Below, piece after piece: positions 50,393 through 59,017 of a stretch of 64,000 bases of DNA; position 1 is the first letter of the stretch, and each line of letters starts with the position of its first letter. Source of the DNA: Polyangiales bacterium (lineage in GTDB: Bacteria > Myxococcota_A > Polyangia > Polyangiales > Polyangiaceae). Under the pieces are notes generated by a model. It worked only from the letters and a program-made list of their open reading frames with translations, was not told where the DNA came from and did not search any database. The DNA is taken from the NCBI GenBank assembly GCA_038230375.1, contig JBBRNJ010000003.1:128001-192000 (forward strand), in the 5' to 3' direction. Position numbers and translations under genes: made by a program.

Positions 50393-51244
50393 TTACGCCA
50401 GCGTCGCCCAGCCGCCGATGATCACCGCGTCCGGCCGCTCCTTCACGGAGACCTCCAGCGCATACGCCTTGTCCGTCACCTTGTAGCCCTTGGTGACGAT
50501 CGTATCGCCTGGCCATACGGGCCTGCGGAAGGGCGCGCAGAAGCCAGAGAGCCTGGACGGATCGCCGCCCGCCATTCCCTTTGCCGCGTGGCGCACCATG
50601 TACCCGAACGTGCAGAGTCCATGGAGGATCGGACCTTGCTCGAAGCCCACCTTCGCGGCGAACTCCGGATCGGCGTGGAGCGGATTGCGATCACCCGAGA
50701 GGCGATAGAGGAGCGCCTGTTCTGGTGACGTGAGCTCCTCTTCCACGAAGTCCGGCGCGCGCTCCTTGTCCTTTGGCTTGGGCGCGGGGTTCTCGTCCTT
50801 GGGTGCGGGCGAGCCGCCAAAGCCACCGGCATCGCGCACGATGATCTGCGCGGTGTTCTCCGCGACCAAGACGCCGCTCTCGTCCTTGGTCTCCATGTCG
50901 AAGACAAGCGTGGCCCACTTGCGCATGTCGTAGATGCCGCGAAGCACGCTCGTGGTGAGGACCTTGCCGTTCGCAGCGAAGGGCTTGTGGATGCGCACGG
51001 TCTGAGCGCCGTGCACGACCATGGAGAGGTCCGCGCCGGTCGTAGACAGCTGCCTGAACATCGGCTCGAACATCGGGACCACGGCGAAGCTCGGGAGGAC
51101 CTTGGGGCCCTTGCCCTCGTACAGATAGTCGAGCTCGCTCTTCTTCGCGCCGACCCCGAGCGCATAGAGGATGGTGTCGCGCGCCTCGTAGGCGTGCAGC
51201 ATGGGTTCGCTTCGTTTACCGATGATCGAGTGGTCCAGCGCCAT
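50393..51244 (-). CDS. Double-hotdog (R)-enoyl-CoA hydratase 2 / MaoC family
   Basis: ILYALGVGA, LPSFAVV, VHGAQ, YRLSGDRNPLHADP, PILHGLCTFG. Confidence 0.92.
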   Translation of the reverse strand: MALDHSIIGKRSEPMLHAYEARDTILYALGVGAKKSELDYLYEGKGPKVLPSFAVVPMFEPMFRQLSTTGADLSMVVHGAQTVRIHKPFAANGKVLTTSVLRGIYDMRKWATLVFDMETKDESGVLVAENTAQIIVRDAGGFGGSPAPKDENPAPKPKDKERAPDFVEEELTSPEQALLYRLSGDRNPLHADPEFAAKVGFEQGPILHGLCTFGYMVRHAAKGMAGGDPSRLSGFCAPFRRPVWPGDTIVTKGYKVTDKAYALEVSVKERPDAVIIGGWATLA

Positions 51245-51255
51245 GGGCCGAGACC

Positions 51256-52014
51256 ATGGTTCCACTCGCGCGGAAGGTCAAGTACGTTCCGCGCGTGCCC
51301 CTGATCCCGGAAGTCGCCCGCGCATTCGCAGAGTCCGGCATCGACCTCGCCGCGCTCGGTCTGGCCTGGGCGCGCGTCACGCCCACGGTGGTGCTCGTTC
51401 CTGCGTTCGGGCTTCGCGCGATGCCCACGCCCGTGCGTGGTGTCCTCGGGGCAATGCTTGCATTCTGCATCTATCCGGCAATGGCCCCGGTGCTCACGTC
51501 GCAGCCCGGCGTTCCGTGGGTGCTCCTGGCGCTGGGCGAGATCCTGCGCGGGCTTCCCGTCGCGCTCGCCGCGGCCGTTCCCATGTGGGCCGCCACCATG
51601 GCCGGCGGTGTGGCGGACTCGCTCCGCGGCAGTCAGGACCAGAGGGACTTGCCCGTGGTCGAGGGCAAGGTCTCCACGCTCGGCGTCCCGCTGTCGCTCC
51701 TGGCAAGCGCCATCTTCCTCTTCAGCGGCGGCCCGTCACGCGTGGTCTCCGTCCTTGCACGCGGTGACTTCCCCGCGCATCCGTTCGCGGTCATGGCCAA
51801 CGACATCGCCTCGGGCATCACCCTGGCGCTGGCCCTCTCGGGGCCGCTCCTTGCCGCGTCCATCGTGATCGAAGTCGCCGGCGCGCTCATCGCAAGAGCC
51901 GCCTCACCCGCTCAAGTGACCGCGCTGCTCTCGCCGCTACGAGCCTTTGCGCTGCTCGCGATGTTCGGGCTTGCGTTCGACAAGCTAGCCAACATCCTGG
52001 CCCAGTCCATGTGA
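51256..52014 (+). CDS. FliR/SctT-family export-gate membrane protein (orphan)
   Basis: WARVTPTVVLVPAFG..PTPVRG, GEILRG..AATMAGGVADSLRG, FLFSGG, ALALSGPL..IEVAGALIARAASP; true start may be GTG 51295. Confidence 0.75.
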   Translation: MVPLARKVKYVPRVPLIPEVARAFAESGIDLAALGLAWARVTPTVVLVPAFGLRAMPTPVRGVLGAMLAFCIYPAMAPVLTSQPGVPWVLLALGEILRGLPVALAAAVPMWAATMAGGVADSLRGSQDQRDLPVVEGKVSTLGVPLSLLASAIFLFSGGPSRVVSVLARGDFPAHPFAVMANDIASGITLALALSGPLLAASIVIEVAGALIARAASPAQVTALLSPLRAFALLAMFGLAFDKLANILAQSM

Positions 52015-52015
52015 T

Positions 52016-52954
52016 CTACAGCGGGATTCTGTAGCCGATGCTCAGGCCTGCTTCGAAGGACTGGACGCTGCCTTCCAGCGTTGCGCAGTCTCCGATGGGC
52101 GAGCAGGTCGGCGTGGTGGGGAGGAACCACTGGCTGCCGCGGACGACGACTCCCGCTCCCCAGCGCTCCGCGAAGTTCCACGTGAGACCCGCTTGCAGGC
52201 CCAGCACGAAGCCCTCTGTGCGAATGGTGACGATCTTCTTGCCGAGGACGGATGGAACGAGATCGCCCGCGTCCGTCGAGAAACGGTCAGCGATGACCAC
52301 CCCACCACCCACGAAGCCCAGCCAGCCTTCGAACTGCGCGGTGCGTAGCGGCACGTAGCGGCCCTCGGCGGTGAAGACCATGTAGTTGCGCGAGTGCGTG
52401 CGCCGCAGCCCCTTCAATCCGCCGTACTCGCTGTCGCTCGTGGGGCTAGGGCCGAACAATGCGCCAAAGCCGACCGTCCAGTCACGGCCACCGCGATAGA
52501 GCAGGCGCACGCCAGTCTGCAGCGTCGCATCGCCGCGACCGACCGTCGTGAATGGGACGCTGCCGCCGCTCTGCCTGCTCGAGATCGGAGCGTTCGGCAA
52601 CGCGATGATCCCACCCTCCAGCACAGCCATCGTGTGGCGGCGCTCGGTGATGGAAAGGGGCTTTTCGGCGGCGACGGGATCGACGGAGCTCTCGGCAGGG
52701 GAGGGAGAGGTCGAGGTCGAGGGCGAGGGCGAGGGCGAGGTCGAGGGCGAGATCGAGGTAGCGGGGGAGGTCGAAGTCGGCGTCGTTGTCGAGGTCGAAG
52801 TCGAGGTCGGAGTCGAAGTCGAGGTCGGAGTCGAAGTCGAAGTCGTTGTCGGCGCCGGCGTCGGCGTCGTCGCCTGTTGCGCGTCGGCGGACGTCGCGAT
52901 GAGGAGCGCGCTCGCCGCGAGGGTGCTTGCTCGTCGGATGTACTTTACATCCAT
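52016..52954 (-). CDS. Secreted protein, probable outer-membrane beta-barrel with Thr/Ser linker
   Basis: Signal peptide ending SADA; TS-rich linker; alternating strands; ends AGLSIGYRIPL. Confidence 0.72.
   Translation of the reverse strand: MDVKYIRRASTLAASALLIATSADAQQATTPTPAPTTTSTSTPTSTSTPTSTSTSTTTPTSTSPATSISPSTSPSPSPSTSTSPSPAESSVDPVAAEKPLSITERRHTMAVLEGGIIALPNAPISSRQSGGSVPFTTVGRGDATLQTGVRLLYRGGRDWTVGFGALFGPSPTSDSEYGGLKGLRRTHSRNYMVFTAEGRYVPLRTAQFEGWLGFVGGGVVIADRFSTDAGDLVPSVLGKKIVTIRTEGFVLGLQAGLTWNFAERWGAGVVVRGSQWFLPTTPTCSPIGDCATLEGSVQSFEAGLSIGYRIPL
52701..52850 (+). repeat. Hexamer tandem array (GARGTC/GAGGGC), encodes the TS/PS linker on the minus strand
   Basis: GAGGTC, GAAGTC, GGAGTC and GAGGGC units. 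Confidence 0.85.
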
Positions 52955-55491
52955 TTGACGGTCCCGCTCGGCGTCGGTGTGGTGTTCGGCGGCGCTGCGG
53001 TTTGTGACGGCTGCGGGGCGACCGCCATGTCTCCTGCCGTGACGAGCCTCGAGGTCTTCATGATGTTCCCGTCCACCTTGGCGATGAACACTACCTCGTA
53101 TTTGCCAGCTTCGAGGAAGGTGAAACCGGCATGGTAGATTCCGCTGTCCTCGGCGGCGGTGAGCCTGATGCCGCCCGGCGCCGACGCCGACACGATGGAT
53201 ACGTGCGCGTCCTCTACCTTCTTTGCGCCGGTGATGCGCGCGTTGAAGTCCACTGCGGAGCCCAGGCGTGGCTTCGGGTTGGAGACGTCGAACTGAAGCT
53301 TGGCGCTCGTTCCTCCGCCGCCGCTGGATGTTCGCGGCGGCGGCGAGAGCGGCTTCGCGCTGGGAGAGGCCAGCGGCTCGTCGGTCTTCGGTGCGGTGCT
53401 GGCCTCTGCGTCCCAGTCACCCGAGAGCTTCTTCGCCGCGGTGTTGTCGATGTCCATCTCCACTGCCAGGTGGATGAGCCGCCGGGCCTCGGTGGGTTCG
53501 CTCGTTGCGTGCGCGGCGATGGCGCGTGCCGTCAGCTCTTCCGCCGCGCGCTTGCGAAGCGCTGGAAATCGTGAGTCGTCAGGCCATCGCTTGAGGCCGG
53601 TGCTCGTCAGGTCGCGCACGTTCTCGCCCGGCGGGTCCGTGAGGTGGTTCGCGGAGAGTGCAGCCTGCGCGAGCAGTACGAGCTCTTCATGGCCCGCCTC
53701 CGGTCCGATGCGGCCCATCCGATAAGCGACAAGGGTCGCCAGCCCCGCGCCCAGCACGAAGCACACGAGCACCAGCGCGATCGCGCGCGCCTTGCTCCGC
53801 CGCGCAAGGTCCGAGTCGCTCAGCGTGCTGTCGACGTTGGATGGCGGCTTGCTCGGATAATGCCCTTCGCGATCCGCGATCGGGGACGAGAGGTGCGGCG
53901 CGCTCGGCGGGGGCGTGGGCAGCGGTGCGCTCGGCGCGGCTGACGGGACCGGCGGCGTTGCCGCATGCTGCGCGGGCTCCGCGTAGTCCGTGCGTGGGAC
54001 TTGCGCGTGGGAGACCTGCGGCTGAGACGGTTGCGTCGGACGCGTTTGCACCGCGGGGAACGACGGCGCTGGCGGGATCGCGGGCGGCGCTGTTGCGTCG
54101 TCCATTGTCGTGTCCAGCATGGCCGCCTTCTCGTCCCGGGGCGGCGGGCTCGAGCTCGCATCGGCCTCGGTGTCTCCGCGCCTCATCGGCCGCGCGTCCG
54201 CCGCGCTCGTCGCCAGCGCCGACACTGCGCGCGCGGGCTCGTTTCCCAGCTGCGCAGCGATGTTCGGCGGCGGCGTCCACTTCACGGTCGCGTTGCCCGC
54301 GGCCCCGACCGACACGCGCGTCGCGCCGCTCGTCTCTTGCGGCTCCGGTGTGACGCGCGGGTCCGACGGACGGCTTGCCATGCGCTCGCGCACGTCCGCG
54401 CCTATCTCGTGCTGCCTCGTGCGCTCGATCGACGGGAGGCTTGCCGCGCTGGACCGACCCGCGATGATCGGGCGCGAGATCTCGTCCGACGAGAGCCCCG
54501 CCGCGCGCGCCGCGTCCACAATGGCGCGCCCGAAGGACCGCGCGTCCTTCTCGCGGTCGTTCTGATCCTTCGCAAGGCCCTGCATGATCACGTCCGCGAT
54601 CTGCTCGGGCACGTACGAAGCGCGCGCAAGCGAGCGCAGCAGCGGCGGCTTGTCGTGGATCTGCTGCACCAGCAGGCCCACGGCCTGGTCGCCCTCGAAC
54701 GGCGTGCGTCCGGACACCATCTGGTAGGTCATCGTGGCGATCGAGTACACGTCGCTCGCTGCGGTCACCGCCTCGCCACGCGCGCCCTCGGGTGAGATGT
54801 AGCGCGCCGTCCCGAAGATGAGCCCGGCTGCCGTGGCCATGGACTGCTCCGCCCAGTGCATGCGCGCGATGCCGAAATCCAGGACCTTCACGAAGTCCTT
54901 GTCCTCGCCGCGACGCACGAGCATCACGTTCTCGGGCTTGAGGTCGCGATGGACGATCCCCTGCGTGTGCGCCTCGCCCACTGCGTCGGCCAGTTGAACC
55001 GCGATGTGCAGTGCACGCGGCAAGGGCAGGGCGCCCCCCGATGCTGCGAGCGCGCTCATCAGGGACATCCCGTCCAGGAACTCCATGACGATGTAGAGCG
55101 CGCCGTCGGGCATCTGCCCGCTCAGCAGGATCGACACCACATTCGGGTGCTGGAGCTTCGACGCGACCTTCGCCTCGCGCGTGAAGCGCGACACCAGCTG
55201 GGGGTTCGACGAGAGCTCGCGGTGGAGGATCTTCACCGCCACGTCGCGCTCGACGCCACGCTGGAACGCGCGGTAGACGCGCCCCATCGCCCCGATGCCC
55301 GCGAGCTGCCGCACCTCGATATGGCCGGCGATCTCGCACTTCAGGTACGGATCGTTCTCGGCAAGGTCGGCCCCATTGCCCGAAGCTTTGCGCAAGGGGG
55401 TGCCATCTACCGGGCAAAACAGGGCATCCCCCGGGAACTGGCCCCCGCAGGTGGCGCAGGTCTTGATGACTTCGGCGGGGACAGCTGCCAC
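52945..55491 (-). CDS. Membrane Ser/Thr kinase with N-terminal Zn ribbon and periplasmic domains
   Basis: CATC..FCPVDG; GIGAMG, VAVK, HRDLKPEN, DFG, YISPE; TM; C-terminal Ig/YtkA-like GIYHAGFTFLEAGKYEV; GTG start inferred. Confidence 0.92.
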   Translation of the reverse strand: MAAVPAEVIKTCATCGGQFPGDALFCPVDGTPLRKASGNGADLAENDPYLKCEIAGHIEVRQLAGIGAMGRVYRAFQRGVERDVAVKILHRELSSNPQLVSRFTREAKVASKLQHPNVVSILLSGQMPDGALYIVMEFLDGMSLMSALAASGGALPLPRALHIAVQLADAVGEAHTQGIVHRDLKPENVMLVRRGEDKDFVKVLDFGIARMHWAEQSMATAAGLIFGTARYISPEGARGEAVTAASDVYSIATMTYQMVSGRTPFEGDQAVGLLVQQIHDKPPLLRSLARASYVPEQIADVIMQGLAKDQNDREKDARSFGRAIVDAARAAGLSSDEISRPIIAGRSSAASLPSIERTRQHEIGADVRERMASRPSDPRVTPEPQETSGATRVSVGAAGNATVKWTPPPNIAAQLGNEPARAVSALATSAADARPMRRGDTEADASSSPPPRDEKAAMLDTTMDDATAPPAIPPAPSFPAVQTRPTQPSQPQVSHAQVPRTDYAEPAQHAATPPVPSAAPSAPLPTPPPSAPHLSSPIADREGHYPSKPPSNVDSTLSDSDLARRSKARAIALVLVCFVLGAGLATLVAYRMGRIGPEAGHEELVLLAQAALSANHLTDPPGENVRDLTSTGLKRWPDDSRFPALRKRAAEELTARAIAAHATSEPTEARRLIHLAVEMDIDNTAAKKLSGDWDAEASTAPKTDEPLASPSAKPLSPPPRTSSGGGGTSAKLQFDVSNPKPRLGSAVDFNARITGAKKVEDAHVSIVSASAPGGIRLTAAEDSGIYHAGFTFLEAGKYEVVFIAKVDGNIMKTSRLVTAGDMAVAPQPSQTAAPPNTTPTPSGTVKWM

Positions 55492-55601
55492 GTGGGGGAT
55501 GGTACCACGCAATCGCGCATGCGGAATTCCCCGGGTATCTCGTTGCCACATGCGCGCCGCCTCTTGCCCTTTCCGCGAACTTGGGAAAAAAGGGTCCTTC
55601 C

Positions 55602-56477
55602 GTGTCAGACCCCGAGAGCATCGACGCAGGCGCGCACGCCTACAATGTGTCCCTTCCCGAGTTCGAAGGGCCGCTCGATCTGCTTTTGCATCTCTGTCAG
55701 AAACACGAGCTGAACATCCTGGATATTCCAATCTCCTTCGTCACCGAGAAGTACCTCGAGTACCTCGGCCTGATGGAGGAGATGCTGCTGGATGTGGCAG
55801 CGGAATACCTGGTCATGGCCGCGACGCTCGCGCACATCAAGTCGAAGATGCTGCTGCCTGCACCGCCGCCCGGTCAGGAGGACGACGCGCTCCTCGACGA
55901 AGAGGACCCGCGCGAGGCCCTCATCCGTCGCCTGCTCGAGTACCAGAAGTACAAGAAGGCCGGGCAGGATCTCCTGGCCCGCGGGATCACCGGAAACGAC
56001 GTGTTTCGCCGGGGCGCGCCGCTCGAGGAGACGGTGCCCTCGGGCCGGCCGCCGCTCGCGGACATCCCGCTCTACCGCCTGCTCGAGGCGTTCCAGTCGG
56101 TCCTCACCAGGACCAAGGTACGCATCGCCCACGACATCACGACGGACCGCATCAGCATCACGGACCGCATCCACGAGCTCGTGGATTTTCTGCGCGAACG
56201 CAAGCGGGTCGAGTTCGAGCAGCTCTTCGCGGGTCAGGCCACCCGCGCAGACCTGGTCATCACGTTCCTCGCCCTGCTGGAGATGTCCAAGCTCCGGCTG
56301 ACCCGGCTGTTCCAGACCGACAATTTTTCGCCCCTCTGGGTGGAGAGTGTAGAAGGGGCGGACGTGGCCCCCATCGACTCGATCGACGCCGATGCTGATT
56401 TCCAGCCCCCCAAGGCGGCCCCGGAGGCTGATACGCTCGGCGTCGCGGACGAAGACGACTCAAAGGACACGCCGTGA
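55602..56477 (+). CDS. scpA: Segregation and condensation protein A (kleisin)
   Basis: FEGPLDLLLHL, AAEYLVMAATLAHIKSKMLLP, DPREALIRRLLEY, VITFLALLEM. Confidence 0.96.
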   Translation: MSDPESIDAGAHAYNVSLPEFEGPLDLLLHLCQKHELNILDIPISFVTEKYLEYLGLMEEMLLDVAAEYLVMAATLAHIKSKMLLPAPPPGQEDDALLDEEDPREALIRRLLEYQKYKKAGQDLLARGITGNDVFRRGAPLEETVPSGRPPLADIPLYRLLEAFQSVLTRTKVRIAHDITTDRISITDRIHELVDFLRERKRVEFEQLFAGQATRADLVITFLALLEMSKLRLTRLFQTDNFSPLWVESVEGADVAPIDSIDADADFQPPKAAPEADTLGVADEDDSKDTP

Positions 56478-57868
56478 CCGATTCGCCGGAACCGAAGAAG
56501 AAGAAGACCGCTCGCGGGAAGAAGAGCGAGGAGGCGCCTCCGGATTCCAAGCCGGAGGGCTCCATGCCGCCGCCGCCTGGGTCCGACCCGACGATGTCCG
56601 ACGGTGACGCGACCAAGAAGAGCGCGTCGGGACATGACGTGGCGGACGGAACCGACGAGGCCGAGGTCACCCGCGACGAGCCGCTCTCGCACGAGGGCTC
56701 GGAGGCCGCTGGGAACAGCGACTCGTCGCCACCGAGCTCGAGTCCTCCGATCTCGTCCGACCGTGGCGACTTCGACTCTCCCGTCTCTGGCTTCTACGGT
56801 GATCGCGCCTCGAACGAGACCGACGTCGAGATGACCATCAACCTCACTGGCGACATGCTCCGCTCGCTGCCAGGGCGCGATGACCTGGACGCGCCAACGC
56901 AGGTCCTCGCGGCGGAAGACCTGAACGACTCCGCTGTCGATCGCGTGCGCTTCCAGCAGCGCCACCTTCGCGGCGCGCTCGAGGCGCTGATCTTCGCGAG
57001 CGACCAGCCGCTCAAATCCAGCGACCTCGCCAAGCGCGCCTCCGCGAACATCCGCGAGGTGAAGGAGCAGCTCCTGTCGCTGAAGAGCGAGTACTCGAGC
57101 CGCGGCATCAACCTGGAGGAGATCGCCGGTGGCTGGGTCTTCCGCACAAGCGCGGAGTTCGCGCCGTTCGTCCGCGAGCTCTCGAAGGAGAAGCCGATCA
57201 AGCTGTCGCGTGCGCAGCTGGAGACGCTCGCGATCATGGCGTACCGCCAGCCCATGACCCGCCCCGAGATCGACGACATCCGCGGCGTGGACTCCGGGCC
57301 CGTGCTCAAGGTCCTGCTCGATCGCGATCTGATCCGCATCCTCGGCAAGAAGGACGAAGTGGGCCGGCCCATCATCTATGGGACCACTGCCGAGTTCCTG
57401 GAGTTCTTCGGGCTGAAGGCGCTGAAGGATCTGCCCACGCTCAAGGAGTTCACGGAGCTGTCGGAGGACTCGCGCCGCGTGGTGGAAGAAGAGCTCGGCG
57501 AGTCGCTCGAGACGATCCAGCAACAGGTCGCCGAGAAGCGTGAAAAGGAGGCCGCGGAGGCGGCGGAGGCCGCAGCGCAGGGTGCTCCCGATGCCGGCGG
57601 CGAGGTTCACGATCCGAGCGCGCACGAAGCGGACACCGCGGAGATTCCCATCCCCGCGCCGCGAGGAAGCCGCGACACCGTCACGAACGAGCACGAGCTC
57701 CCCGGCGACGACGCTGACGAGAAGGTCGCCCTGCCTGCCACCAACGCAGACGACGAAGCCGAGTTCCCGGACGACGACGACTCGGACTTCGACGACGATG
57801 ACGACGACGACGATGACGACGACGACGACGAGAAGGACGACGACGCCGAGAAGGACGAGAAGGACTAG
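56474..57868 (+). CDS. scpB: Segregation and condensation protein B with long acidic extensions
   Basis: LEALIFAS, LSRAQLETLAIMAYRQP.TR.EIDDIRGV, GRPIIYGTT.EFL.FFGL..L.DLP; GTGA overlap. Confidence 0.95.
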   Translation: MTDSPEPKKKKTARGKKSEEAPPDSKPEGSMPPPPGSDPTMSDGDATKKSASGHDVADGTDEAEVTRDEPLSHEGSEAAGNSDSSPPSSSPPISSDRGDFDSPVSGFYGDRASNETDVEMTINLTGDMLRSLPGRDDLDAPTQVLAAEDLNDSAVDRVRFQQRHLRGALEALIFASDQPLKSSDLAKRASANIREVKEQLLSLKSEYSSRGINLEEIAGGWVFRTSAEFAPFVRELSKEKPIKLSRAQLETLAIMAYRQPMTRPEIDDIRGVDSGPVLKVLLDRDLIRILGKKDEVGRPIIYGTTAEFLEFFGLKALKDLPTLKEFTELSEDSRRVVEEELGESLETIQQQVAEKREKEAAEAAEAAAQGAPDAGGEVHDPSAHEADTAEIPIPAPRGSRDTVTNEHELPGDDADEKVALPATNADDEAEFPDDDDSDFDDDDDDDDDDDDDEKDDDAEKDEKD

Positions 57869-58045
57869 GCTGGCCTCCATCCCGTATCGTGAAACCACGA
57901 GAAGGCTGCATGGTTTTCGTCGAGAGCGAGCGATGGGCGTGCTTTCTCCCGAGCAGCGCCCGGAACGGCCTTCCGGCCGTGAGGACGCAGCGCAGGGAAA
58001 AGCGCGGCCAGCGCGAAGCTATCGGCGAAAAACAGCAGCCTTCTA

Positions 58046-59017
58046 CTAGAAGGTGCCGCTGAGGCTGGCGCCGCCGCCGCCGGGAAGCGGGGTGACGTTG
58101 ATGCCCGTCTTTGCGGACTTGTTGTCGCCGCCGCTCGTGAGGAAGAGGACGGTCGCGCCGGCGAGCGCGAGCACGCCCACGCCGAGCGAGATGTCCGCGA
58201 TGAGCAGCTTGGTCTTCGTGTCGTCGAGCTTCGCGGGATCGCAGTTCGGCACGCACGAGCTCTTCCTCAGGTCGTCGAGGTCGCTCTTTCCGGTGATGCC
58301 GAAGAACGCGAAGCTTCCGATGCCGATCACGCCCACGCCGCCGAGCACGTAGGTCATCACCGGCACACCGGATTTTTGGGGCTTTGGGTCAAGCTTCGGA
58401 TCCGGCTTGGGGTCTGGCTTTGGATCCTGCTTGGGGTCTGGCTTGACCGGCGCTGCACCGAGCGTGGCCTTCACGATGCGGTTCTTCTCGCCAGCATGAA
58501 CGATCACGTTCTGCGTGAGCGGAGGCACCCCCTGCGTCTCGTAGATCACCGTGTGCGGGCCGGGGTCGATCGGGACGGGCTTGCCGTCGAGCACCGTGGC
58601 TACCTTCGCGCCGTCGAGCGTCACGGCCACGGCGGAGAGGTCGGTGCCGCTGCCGTCCTGGACGGAGAACACGATGGTGGGAACGCTCTCTTCGAGCTCC
58701 GGCAGCCACTTCGCGCAGTCCTTCCGCACGACCGACGGACACGTGGCCTTCGAGCAGAGAAGGAACATCTCGCGCGCGCGGATCAACTTGCCCTGGTCGC
58801 GCAGCTTCTGCCCTTGCTCGGACGCGGTGGGGCAGTCCACGTCTGCCGCGATCACATCCTTCGGCAGAGACACCACCGCAAGCACGGCGCAGAGGCCCAC
58901 GGCACCACCGACGCGGCTGAGAACGCGACGCCCGCGTGGCTCGCGCTGATCACGCAGACCACGAGCGTTCACGTCACGGTTGTCCAAGGCAGTTCCGTTT
59001 GTAGGATTTGTGTCCAT
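58046..59017 (-). CDS. Secreted Cys-helical + PEGA-like protein (cassette 3 partner)
   Basis: CPTASEQGQKLRDQGKL..CS..CP..DC; IDPGPH; ends GGGASLSGTF; clear paralog of 49089..49982. Confidence 0.85.
   Translation of the reverse strand: MDTNPTNGTALDNRDVNARGLRDQREPRGRRVLSRVGGAVGLCAVLAVVSLPKDVIAADVDCPTASEQGQKLRDQGKLIRAREMFLLCSKATCPSVVRKDCAKWLPELEESVPTIVFSVQDGSGTDLSAVAVTLDGAKVATVLDGKPVPIDPGPHTVIYETQGVPPLTQNVIVHAGEKNRIVKATLGAAPVKPDPKQDPKPDPKPDPKLDPKPQKSGVPVMTYVLGGVGVIGIGSFAFFGITGKSDLDDLRKSSCVPNCDPAKLDDTKTKLLIADISLGVGVLALAGATVLFLTSGGDNKSAKTGINVTPLPGGGGASLSGTF

Noticed and set aside
57770..57865. GAC-rich run as another DNA-level repeat array
   Set aside because: Fully explained as the poly-Asp tail of ScpB
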